This document shows positions 1 through 10,622 of a stretch of 64,000 nt of DNA, in pieces. A program made the translations under genes and the position numbers. The DNA comes from the human T2T-CHM13v2.0 reference genome, Homo sapiens: the NCBI RefSeq assembly GCF_009914755.1, contig NC_060929.1; one strand, given 5' to 3'. The notes under the pieces are model-generated. The model was not told the origin of the DNA, did no database searches, and saw only the letters and a list, made by a program, of their open reading frames with translations. The first letter of the stretch is position 1, and every line of letters begins with the position of its first letter.

Positions 1-314
1 GGATACCCTAACCCTCCCATGGACTTGCCCCTTGCTTTCCTTTCTCTGGGATGTGTCTATTATCTTACTACCTGGACTCCATATCTATTAATATATATGC
101 AAATTGGTTTTCACTCCACATCTATGCATCCAAATTATTTCTCTCTTTCAAGGGCCCCTTTGGAAATTATGCCATGGTGGCTTCCAAGTTTCCAAAGACC
201 CCTGGGTGCCCGGTGTCTGAATGTTCACTTCATTTTCTACTGTATATCTCTTGTGTAATTTTTCAACTCTATGATACATCATAGTCACTTCTTAAGTCCC
301 TTTCTAAATTGAAG

Positions 315-460
315 TCTTGGAATGAGGAGTCAAGAAACTTATCTGTAGTCTGGTTGTACAAGTCATATAATCTCACTGAGCCTGCGATGCTTCATCTTGA
401 AAAAAAATGATGTTTATTCTGGATGATTTCTAAGGTTCTCTCCATGTCTATAATGTTTGA
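315..460 (+). mobile_element. MIR-family SINE remnant
   Basis: Degenerate MIR core (ctcactgagcctg...ttcatcttgaaaa...tggatgatttctaaggttc); old element with approximate edges. Confidence 0.5.
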
Positions 461-1338
461 ATGTGTGAACTAATCATAAATAATACCTGCTGAGCCATGA
501 ACCAATTTACTTTCTTTTCATCCCAAACCTAGCAAATCTATAAGAGTTTGGGCAAAACCTAAAATCTAAAATTATTGATCTAAAATAATACAAGCCTATA
601 AAATAGTCTCTTTACCAAAACTGAACTAAACAAGTATTTCATTAAATTTGGAATTCAGTTTCAAAAGCAAAGTATACATTTTCCTGGACCAAATATATTA
701 TCTTTCCTAGAGTGTAGCAGATTTTGCTAATTTTGTTTCTAAAGAAAGGAAACTAGAACCAAGAGTTTAAGAGCAAAGGTTATCATATGATCTTGAAAAA
801 CAAAGTGTCTTTATAGGCGTCACAGATGGCCAATCACTACCATAGAAAAACAAATTCAGTGCAAGCAGGATTACAGTCAGCCTCAAGAAAGAAACTCAAA
901 ACAAAGGGAAATTTCAAAGCTAAAAGGGACTAATCACCTTTTGCAAAACCACAAAGCCCACTGGAACAGTGTGACCTGCCTCTGACAAGCTGTTTTTGTT
1001 CTCCATTTTTGGAGTGTGTGCTTCACTCCTTCCTGAAATTCTTTGACTTAGTAGCACGTGGTTTTTGAACCTCATTATTCCCAGGGCCTGAGTGTCTAAG
1101 AGTTTCCTGGGCAGCCTACCAGGAGGTGGGAGGAAGGTCCTCGTTAGCACTTTTGTGAGGCTGCTGGGAAGCCTTGGATATTGCGTGAAACAGCCAAGGT
1201 GCAGAAGTGTCCGAAGTGAGGCGCCTAGCTGTAGAACTGCCCGAGAGATTTGAGAAGAGCAGAGAGAAAATGAAAAATATATATACAGCCTCGGTAGTAG
1301 AATGAAATACATAAAAATATACATTTATTTATAAAATA

Positions 1339-1722
1339 TTAGGTTGGTGCAAAAGTAATTGCGGTTTTTGTCTTTATTTATCTATTTTGAGATCAAGTCT
1401 TGCCCTGTCACCTAGGCTGGAGTGCAGTGGTGCGCTCCAGATTTTCTGCAACCTCCGCCTCCCAAGTTCAAGCAATTCTCGTGCCTCAGCCTCCCAAATA
1501 GCTGGGATTACAGGCATGCACCACCATACCTGGCTAATTTTTGTGTTTTTAGTAGAGACGGGGTTTTGCCATGTTGCCCAGGCTAGTCTTGAACTCCTGG
1601 GCTCAAGCAATCCACCCGCCTGGGCCTCCCAAAGTGCTGGGATTGCAGGCGTGAGCCAACACACCCAGTCGGTTTTTGCCATTTTAATTGCAAAAATTAC
1701 AGTTACTTTTGCACTAACCTAA
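1339..1722. mobile_element. MADE1 (Hsmar1-derived MITE) split by an Alu insertion
   Basis: Left TIR ttaggttggtgcaaaagtaattgcggtttttg at 1339-1370; right part ...ttacttttgcactaacctaa ends at 1722; TA on both flanks. Confidence 0.9.
1371..1669 (-). mobile_element. Alu (old, J/S type)
   Basis: Full reverse dimeric Alu; probable TSD cggtttttg at 1362-1370 and 1670-1678. Confidence 0.95.
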
Positions 1723-2547
1723 TATTTATAGACTATGGATATTAGTTACATTAATATACCATAAGTATACTGTACGTGTTTTTATAGAGTAATATATAGA
1801 GAACTTAAATATACCATGAAATAAGTGTTTCCTATATATAAATATATAAATTATATAGTGTGTATATATATAACTTATGCATACATATTTTTTAGGAGAT
1901 TAGAAACGATGTTTAGAGAGGCATCTAAAGATACCTTCCTGAGCATTAATATTGTTCTAACAATCAGGTAAGAAAATGTTTATAAAAGCCCTTTGTAAAC
2001 TTCGTGATTCAACACAAATAAAAGACATTATCATTAACTATAAAACAGACAACTGTTTTTCAATGTAGGTATACTTCAGCCAAGGTCCTGAAGACTGTTG
2101 GAAGTTGGATGATCTCATCTGATCCTCTTATGGAAGACTCTTTTCCCTCTATAAACCGCTCATTCATTCAACAGATACTTAGCACCAGCTATGAACCAGA
2201 AATGAGACAGCAGTGAACAGCCCCAAGTCCCTTTTCTCAAAACTTACATTCCAGAGTGAGGAGACAGCAAATAAATAAGTGAATAAATAAATATATAATG
2301 CCACCCAGGGATAAAGACTCCTGAAAATAAAGGGGAGGAAAGCAGGGGATGCTAGTTTATACAAGCATGGTTGGGGACAAATTTTTCTATAAACAGATTG
2401 GCTCTGAGACCTGGGAAAGTCTGGAGGGCTAAGGGAAGCCATTTCCAGTGCTCAGAGGCTGGAGAGCATTTGTGGTGTGCGGGAAATGACAAGCAGGCCA
2501 GTGGCGTTGGAGGAATGAGGTAAAAGATGCCGTCAGAGAGCCCCGGG

Positions 2548-2626
2548 GTGCAGATCCTTGGGAGCCCTGTTAGACTCTGGATTTTACACTTGGAGTGAAC
2601 GGGCGCCATCCCGAGGCTTTGCACAG
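2548..2626 (+). ncRNA. MIR887: pre-miR-887 hairpin (5p 2557-2577 CTTGGGAGCCCTGTTAGACTC; 3p 2595-2616 GTGAACGGGCGCCATCCCGAGG)
   Basis: Both mature arms match recalled hsa-miR-887 sequences; the ends pair (gtgcaga...tttgcac, ttggga/tcccga); MIR887 is known to be intronic in FBXL7. Confidence 0.93.
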
Positions 2627-3011
2627 GGGCAAGCTTCGAGTTCCGTTTTCCAAGACACCTCGGGCAGATAGGGGTGTGGGGAATCGACTGTAGGAGCTAA
2701 GGGCAGGGAAGGGAGTCTGATTCAAGGACACCTGGAGTGAACGGGCGTCATCCCGAGGCTTTGCACAGGGGCAAGCTTCGAGTTCCGTTTTCCAAGACAC
2801 CTCGGGCAGATAGGGGTGTGGGGAATCGACTGTAGGAGCTAAGGGCAGGGAAGGGAGTCTGATTCAAGGACACCTGGAGTGAACGGGCGTCATCCCGAGG
2901 CTTTGCACAGGGGCAAGCTTCGAGTTCCGTTTTCCAAGACGCCTCTGGCAAATAGGGGTGTGGGGAATCGACTGTAGGAGCTAAGGGCAGGGAAGGGAGT
3001 CTTGTTCAAGG
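2586..3011 (+). repeat. Tandem repeat, 142 bp unit x 3, near-identical copies
   Basis: GTGAACGGGCG recurs at 2595, 2737 and 2879 (period 142); units differ at only a few positions. Confidence 0.97.
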
Positions 3012-3129
3012 GCTACAGCAACAATCCAGATAACACAGTTGTTCTTCCTCAACTAAAGAGAGTTGGATTGACTCAGAAGGTCTGTTCAATTGACAGAAGG
3101 TCACCTTGCTAGACTAATATATTCACTTC

Positions 3130-3310
3130 CCATAGCGTTTTCAGAGCACATGCATATCTGTTCTCTCATTGCATCCTCATTATATCTGAAGTGTCGGCTC
3201 ACCACCTATTCATTCCCATTGCATAAAGGACAGTTCTGAGAAGCAGCAACGTTAAGCCTCCTGCCTGAACCAGGTGTGACTCCTAACCCAGTGTTCTTTC
3301 TGCTAAACCA
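3130..3310 (-). mobile_element. MIR remnant
   Basis: cattgcatcctcat...attcccattgcataaaggacagttctgag resembles the reverse MIR core. Confidence 0.45.
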
Positions 3311-3794
3311 AGGTACATGCCCGAGCTTTGTCTTTCATATCTTACTTTGGACCAGGGAGCTTCCAAACCAGGGCAGCTCAAGAACTCACTTTTACTGAGC
3401 TCCTGGAACTTTCCAGGGCCAAGGCAAGATATTTACACACATCCTCTCATTACTCCATCCCAGCTGCCTCCCAGGGAATGGGATCCTCCCTATTTTAAGA
3501 CAAAGGAAATACTCAGAAGGATTGATTTGCTAAATGTCAGGCAAGTAGGGACAGATGACAGATCAGGAATTGGAACCATGGTTTTTCTGATCCAATCCTC
3601 TTAAGCCCAGATAATAGAAATAATGTAGTTAAATAATCAGATAAATATGGGGAACCCATTCTTGCATTTCCTCTCTATAGAGACCAAGACAGGAAAGGGT
3701 AACATCAGCCTCGGACCCAGACTTGGGCGAGGGTCAGGAATGCCCCAGGGCATCCCCAGGCGTGGCTCCCCTGCTGGCAGGTTGCTCTGAGCCT

Positions 3795-3815
3795 GTGTTC
3801 TGTCTCTTTGTGCAG
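3795..3815 (+). promoter_or_regulatory. FBXL7: 3' splice acceptor of the FBXL7 last exon
   Basis: Pyrimidine-rich tract ttctgtctctttgtgcag|GA; a phase-1 junction puts GA-TGC-TCC-AAA-GTG in frame with the LRR ORF. Confidence 0.9.
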
Positions 3816-4552
3816 GATGCTCCAAAGTGACCTGCATCAGCTTGACCCGGGAGGCCTCCATTAAACTGTCACCCTTGCATGGCAAACAGATTTCCATCCG
3901 CTACCTGGACATGACGGACTGCTTCGTGCTGGAGGACGAAGGCCTGCACACCATCGCGGCGCACTGCACGCAGCTCACCCACCTCTACCTGCGCCGCTGC
4001 GTCCGCCTGACCGACGAAGGCCTGCGCTACCTGGTGATCTACTGCGCCTCCATCAAGGAGCTGAGCGTCAGCGACTGCCGCTTCGTCAGCGACTTCGGCC
4101 TGCGGGAGATCGCCAAGCTGGAGTCCCGCCTGCGGTACCTGAGCATCGCGCACTGCGGCCGGGTCACCGACGTGGGCATCCGCTACGTGGCCAAGTACTG
4201 CAGCAAGCTGCGCTACCTCAACGCGAGGGGCTGCGAGGGCATCACGGACCACGGTGTGGAGTACCTCGCCAAGAACTGCACCAAACTCAAATCCCTGGAT
4301 ATCGGCAAATGCCCTTTGGTATCCGACACGGGCCTGGAGTGCCTGGCCCTGAACTGCTTCAACCTCAAGCGGCTCAGCCTCAAGTCCTGCGAGAGCATCA
4401 CCGGCCAGGGCTTGCAGATCGTGGCCGCCAACTGCTTTGACCTCCAGACGCTGAATGTCCAGGACTGCGAGGTCTCCGTGGAGGCCCTGCGCTTTGTCAA
4501 ACGCCACTGCAAGCGCTGCGTCATCGAGCACACCAACCCGGCTTTCTTCTGA
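3816..4552 (+). CDS. FBXL7: F-box/LRR-repeat protein 7, terminal coding exon (cysteine-containing LRRs; SCF substrate receptor); partial CDS
   Basis: 26-aa LRR-CC repeats (LTHLYLRRCVRLTDEGL, LRYLSIAHCGRVTDVGI, LKSLDIGKCPLVSDTGL); C-terminus CVIEHTNPAFF* recognised as FBXL7; strong GC3 bias; TGA at 4550-4552. Confidence 0.97.
3900..4550. other. CpG-rich (island-like) exon body
   Basis: Dense CG dinucleotides against the CpG-depleted flanks (judged by eye). Confidence 0.7.
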
Positions 4553-6226
4553 AGGGACAGAGTTCATCCGGCGTTGTATTCACACAAACCTGAACAAAGC
4601 AAATTTTTTTAAAAGCAGCGTATGTAAGCACCGACACCCACTCAAAACAGCTCTTTCTTCCGGGAAGGTTATTAGGAATCTGGCCTTTATTTTTCCTCAT
4701 TTCTCATGGGCAACAGAGGCCAAAGAAACGAAGCAAGACAAACAGCAAACAGGCATTTTGGTCAGGTCATTTGTAGGCAGTTTCTCTTCTCACAAAAGAT
4801 GTACTTAAGCAGGCTGATCGCTGTTCCTTGAGCAAGGCGCTTACTCTCCTCCGCTCAGGCCCCCAAGGCCGCCCTTTCCCTCGCACACAGGCCCCACCCC
4901 CACAGTTCCACGCCCCCCCCCCAAGGCCACACCCTCCCTCCCTAGAGCAGCAGCGAGGATCCATCATCAGAATCACAGTGCTCTCCAGACCTCCTCTCTA
5001 AACTGCTTCATTGACCTAAGTCACTCTCTTCAATCCCACACCCATGGACATTCTTGTCAACTCAATACCATAGCACTTTGCATAGGCAAAATACTTTTCA
5101 GGCCTTTTTAAAAAATTCATTACAGCAAACAGCTGGGGAAGGACATGCAGTCCTCCCCCAGCTCTGTCAATGACTATGACCTTGGCCAAAGCACTTCACT
5201 GCTCTGGGCTGCAGCTTCCAGCACTGAATCAGAGGCCACACAGCCCAAAGATTAGCTTCATGTCCATTATAGCATTGAGGGAGCAGAGATACCCATACAC
5301 AGAAGCACCTTGGCATAGAGCACCCAGGCATCGACCTCTTCCAGGAGAACTGATTCTGTGGATGGATGTGATTTCAGGAGATTGTGCAGTGCCAGCATCA
5401 GTGCATAAAGGGTCCTGTATGTCCTTTGGCTGCAAATCACCCACTTCCCTGTGTTTCAGTGGGAGAATTTCCTCTCCCACCTCCTCACATCCTCTTTTGC
5501 CAGGCTGGATGCTGTCGTCTCTGTACACAAATACTTTCTGCATTCCCCCCTCCACACCATCCTAGCGAGGCACCAGCACACCTAATCACAGCAAAGCCCA
5601 GATCCCCCCATCAGTTGCTTTTACTCAGTGTTTTCAAATAGGAGTAAAGGCCCTTGCAATTTTTAATTAACAAGCAAGGCCCAAGGGAACACATGTCCTC
5701 AAAAGTTTTTCTGATCCCTCGCCTTGCACACCTGGCATGCATCAGGCACATCTGTCCTACAGCTGGCAGAGACAGATGCCTCGGTTCTTTGTCATTCAGA
5801 TTGCATTTGACCTCTTCTCATCTATTTATTTCTTTATACATCCAGACTTCATCACATGAAGCCTATTGGGGTTAAGTTTGTAAGTGTTTAATTGTGCAAA
5901 TTGCCACCCTGTGTACCTCCTCCATGTCTGTCTGCGTGTTTTCCACCAAAGAATGCAAAGCAGACTTCCAGGTGTTTAAATTCTGTTCACTCAACAATGC
6001 CAGATGAATGGAAGAGGGAACACACTGAGATGACTTAGACTCTGGTCCACCAACCAGACCCTTGGAAAGGAATACTAAAATCATTACAAGGTATGGATTT
6101 TAAATGGATGAAACTTCAAATTATCTTATTTGGATAGAAGTCTATATTCTAGCCTCATTTGCATGAAGTCAGATAGCCAGAAGAAATTCCATTGCTGGTT
6201 TTCACGAAATTCACTTGTCTTTTGCT

Positions 6227-6232
6227 AATAAA
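6227..6232 (+). terminator. Candidate proximal polyadenylation signal AATAAA
   Basis: Canonical hexamer within the UTR; use not demonstrated. Confidence 0.35.
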
Positions 6233-7138
6233 CACATGGCCCTTTCCCAGATTATTCTCTAGCCAAGCCCCACCTTTGTTACGTTGAAATCCCTCATTTA
6301 TTTTCTTCTCAAAATGCCCATTATCCAAATGCAGAACCTCTGCATCTCCAAGCCAGTTATGCTGAATTTGTCAAACTTAGACACCCTTGACAACTGCACT
6401 CCTACTGTAGGCTCCTGTGCATACTGTCGTCTTCTGTGGGGGATGGAGAGGTTAGTGTGATGAGGTGGTGTCTGCCCAGGAGGTTTCTTTCAAACATCAT
6501 GGCCTCCCATCCAATCAACATCATCAAATTACATGTGTAATCAAGGCTCTGTGCCATGGGGGAAATGAATCATTTAGCTAGGCCAGGATCTAGTGAAAGC
6601 CACAGAGTTTAAAACCATGAAAGAAGTTGAAGGCAGCATTCCTCAGCTCTGTGACTTGTGACCCTATTTGAAGTTTCAGGATTTGGGTGTCACAAAGGAT
6701 TGTCCCTAATCCTTGGCCCTGGGGTCTTCCGAGTGAGCTGGTTTAATACTCTGAGAATGAGCAGGGAGATCCAGAGAATGAATCCCTGACCGCATCACCT
6801 AAACTGTCTTCCAAACATGAGACAAAGCTGACTGTTCACACTGATTGCCCAGCACATACCGTCTTGCCAGTTTCTTCTTTTCTCCCAGTCTCCTGTTCAT
6901 CCATTCTGTTCTCCCTTGGGGTGGGAATCTATGATGGAGGTTACTGGGGAAACAGCTCAGCAGATTTTTGGAGACCAAACCAAAGGTCTCACTAGGAAAT
7001 TTATCTGTTTTAAAACATTGCTTCCTTCCTGGCTCTGCTAAATTGAATGCTCATTGTTTGTTGTTGTTGTTTTTTAATTCTAATGTTCAAATCACTGCGT
7101 GCTGTATGAATCTAGAAAGCCTTAATTTACTACCAAGA

Positions 7139-7144
7139 AATAAA
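7139..7144 (+). terminator. Main polyadenylation signal AATAAA
   Basis: Canonical hexamer with upstream TGTA and U-rich tract and downstream U/GU-rich sequence (ttcattttt, tgtttggttg). Confidence 0.8.
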
Positions 7145-7791
7145 GCAATATGTTCGTAATCAGCCTCAGCTTCATTTTTAATAACCTTTCCAGAGGAGAG
7201 TGCTGTTTGGTTGGGGGCCCTCAAAAGTATGCAGAAAACTTTCTTTGAAGGACAGAGCAAGCCAGGTCACTGCCACTGTTGCCTGCTTGGAGATACAGCG
7301 ATGGTTTTCTCATCTCCTTTGGACCAGTGATTTTGGCTTAAAATTGGCAGGTAAGTGAAAAACCATTACCTTCACAGTATAGTTCAGGTCTTCAATTCCT
7401 TAACCCAAACCCTGTGAGACTCTGTCTCCAAAAAATAAAAAATTTATCTGCGGTGGGTTTTGTAATACCTACCTCAGTGACTGGGACATCACCCTTAACC
7501 AGTCATATTAATATTTCTTCAGCAATAGATCTGAATAGTCACATGACATGAGATTATTATAGACTATAAATAGCCTTGCATCAGTTGAGATCCGGTTTTG
7601 TCAGGAAATTAATTTATACCATAAATAACACAAAAACTTCTATTTTTTTCAGAGCTTTCTGGATTTCAGAATTATGAAGAGCTAAGGACATGAATATATT
7701 TACCTTGGCACTGGTTACAAGCATTGGAGGAAACTTCAAAATTATGCTGACCATTCGTTGTTATAATTTGTTAAAGTGTCTTAGAGTACTA

Positions 7792-7867
7792 TTAGATTGG
7801 TGCAAAAGTAATTATTTTTGCCATTACTTTTAATGGCAAAATTGAAATTACTTTTGCACCATCCTAA
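7792..7867. mobile_element. MADE1 MITE, uninterrupted and palindromic
   Basis: ttagattggtgcaaaagtaatt...aattacttttgcaccatcctaa with TA on both sides. Confidence 0.92.
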
Positions 7868-9411
7868 TAGAACCTGGAAGGAGAAGATGGAAAACTGATC
7901 TAAGTCAGTTAGAAAAAGTGAAATGCCAAATCCCTTCTTCCCCACCCAAACTTTTCCATCTGAGAAATCAATATGGCAAAAAGCAAGTACTGATAGATGA
8001 ATGGGAAAGTTCATCCTTAGCAAGAAAAAAGTATTGAGAGATATTAATTTTAACTATATTTGTCTTTGACCTTCTTCTCATCCTGTGTTAGCTGCTTAAA
8101 CAACTCTCACATAAACCAATGGGACCCTTAAATGGCTTGCAACATGAATTTGAGGACGCCCCATGCAATTCTTGTCAAGATCCTGGAATAAGCCCAGAAG
8201 TAAGTAAAATGCATTCACCTTTGAGGTTCATGACCTCTTAAACTGACATTTGTTCAGACTTCATTAGAAAAAGTTTTCAGGAAGTTTGCTATCTAGAGCA
8301 TGCAAAATGAAAAGAAAGAGGATTGAGTATTTTTCGGGGGAAAAGTAATATAATACAAGTGCTTACTGTGTCTAAATTATCACAAGGAAGTCACCAAAAG
8401 TAGTGTATTTGTTCAATAGCTGGCAATCATGATTAGTTTAGAGAGAAGCTAATTGGAAGAAATGCTGACTAGACAGGGGAATAGGGAGAAAGAATATTGA
8501 AAGACTAGGTAAATGTTGCAGTGAGAATATTCACACAGAAAATCTGTGGCACAAAATTAGTTTTTCTGTTGCTTTTCTGCTTTTTGATCTTTACACCAGA
8601 AGCTGTCCTGCTGTGGTAGGGAGGGGTGTGGGGGTAGGAGGAGTGCCCGTCATTATTTGTCCACAGTCGATGTCCATGCTATCACCAAGAGTTGCCTAAA
8701 CACAGCTCCACTTTGCTAAAGAGCAACTCTGGCAAGTCTCATTCAGATGACCACCAGGGGGGCAAAAGCCATTTACCCAGAATAAGAAATACTCTCATAG
8801 ACACTCGGATTGGGGGCATCACATCCAGGAATCACCCAGGATATGGTTATTCCTCCTTTTTTCTTTGAGAGCATCATTATCTCCTAAAGCCACAGGTCCA
8901 TCTTGTAGGATCCTTTTTACCCTCTGAAATTAGTAGATCAGTTTGCATTTTAAACCACACAGGATGCAAAAACATCTCCGTTTGGGAACTGGACAAGGTA
9001 CAATCCCTGTGTGTCAACAGACAGTTGTGGCATCTCCTGCAGAGCTGTCCCAGGAAGTGTCTGCATCTCAGATGCTGATGACATAGACTACTCAGGAAGG
9101 CAGCCTTCGTGCTCTAGATTATACTCAAGTATAAGCAATCAGCATCATCCAGGTGTCACAGGAGGGCCTTGAAGGGTCATTAAAAAAAATTCTTGACCTA
9201 AATATTTCCAAACCAGTCAATTCTATGTTGTGGAATATTTGTCTTTGCAGCCCTTCAACCACTGAATTTTACTCTGATGAGATCAGTATATCCAAATTTT
9301 ATCCTGGCCCATGTGATGATCAACACATGATTGTGACTAGAAATGGCAATCATTCTTCACACACAAAGGCAGCCCAAGAAGTACCAATTATGTTTTTAAA
9401 AACCTTTAACA

Positions 9412-9726
<315 letters not shown>

Positions 9727-9867
9727 TTATTGACCATCTACTCTATGCCAAGTTTTACAAGTTCTGAGTGAACAAATACAATATCCTTACCCCAAAGAAA
9801 CTCCAGTCAAATAAGAGTAATATATAGTAAGGTAGGATGGAAGAGTGGAATATAAAAAAGAATGTGA

Positions 9868-10060
9868 CAACATTCATTCATTCATCCAACAAGTATTTAT
9901 TAATAACTTAAGAGATGTCAGATACTGTTTTATCACTGGGAGTGCTGTCCTGACAGAACTTACTAAAGAAATAATGTTCAGCACATTATTGGGAGAGAAG
10001 AACAAGGCTTAGGCTCATCTCTTAGAGAAGACCCTTGAGCTGGGTTTTATATACTCAGAC
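9868..10060 (-). mobile_element. L2 fragment
   Basis: cattcattcattcatccaacaagtatttatt, the reverse L2 terminus. Confidence 0.55.
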
Positions 10061-10270
10061 AAGGTGGACTTGGAGGAGTGATGCTCTTTAACATCCAAAA
10101 CAGAGTACATGGAGCCCACTCAGGGAAAAAATATTTAATAAGGTTAGTGAAATAATTTATCTCTACTCTTTAATATTATCAAAACATTAACTATATTAAC
10201 TATAGGTTAACATGGTCATTGCTTTAGGTTGGTCATGTGAAAACATGGCAAGTTCTTTTGTTCTAGTGTC

Positions 10271-10274
<4 letters not shown>

Positions 10275-10332
<58 letters not shown>
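10275..10332. repeat. (TA)29 perfect microsatellite
   Basis: Read directly; abuts the tail of the adjacent Alu. Confidence 0.97.
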
Positions 10333-10336
<4 letters not shown>

Positions 10337-10622
10337 TTAGACAGGGTCTCACTGTGTTGTCCAGGCTGGAGGGCAGTGGCACAATCACAGCTCACAGCAG
10401 CCTCTACCTCCTAGGCTCAATTAATCCTCCTGCCTCAGCCTCTTGAGTAGCTAGGGCCACCGGCACTTGCCACCACACCAGGTTAATTTTTTTTCATTCT
10501 TTTGGTAGCGTGAGAGTCTCCTCGTGTTACCCAGGCTAGTCTCAAACTGCTGGGCTCAAGTGTTCTCCCCATCTTGACTTCCCAAAGTGCTGGCATTTAA
10601 AGTGTGGGCCACCCTGCCCAGC
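10333..10622 (-). mobile_element. Alu (AluJ-like)
   Basis: Diverged reverse Alu with J-type features (cacagctcac, ctaggctcaa, tgggctcaag). Confidence 0.92.

Larger units (their letters stand above)
2160..3050 (-). mobile_element. L2 LINE 3' fragment hosting MIR887 and the tandem repeat
   Basis: Starts cattcattcaacagatactt (reverse of the L2 3' terminus) followed by L2-like sequence; right edge approximate. Confidence 0.65.
4553..7160 (+). other. FBXL7: FBXL7 3' UTR
   Basis: Repeat-poor sequence from the stop codon to just past the distal AATAAA; 3' end approximate. Confidence 0.85.

Noticed and set aside
1374-1722. Alu-derived ORFs here and at about 9.4, 12.3, 12.9, 20.0, 33.0, 36.1, 44.0, 52.9 and 55.7 kb
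   Set aside because: Typical Alu translations ([18 protein letters not shown]); not genes
2570-2951. Near-identical short minus-strand ORFs suggesting duplicated peptide genes
   Set aside because: By-product of the 142-bp tandem repeat; the unit length is not a multiple of 3
2586-3011. CRISPR-like array
   Set aside because: Whole units repeat with no unique spacers; eukaryotic context and no cas genes
3827-3829. Apparent start codon of the 241-aa ORF
   Set aside because: It is an internal GTG (Val); the exon is entered by splicing at 3816
3869-4567. 232-aa antisense ORF (and the 107-aa ORF at 4213-4536)
   Set aside because: Shadow of the GC3-biased FBXL7 exon; no independent domain or gene structure
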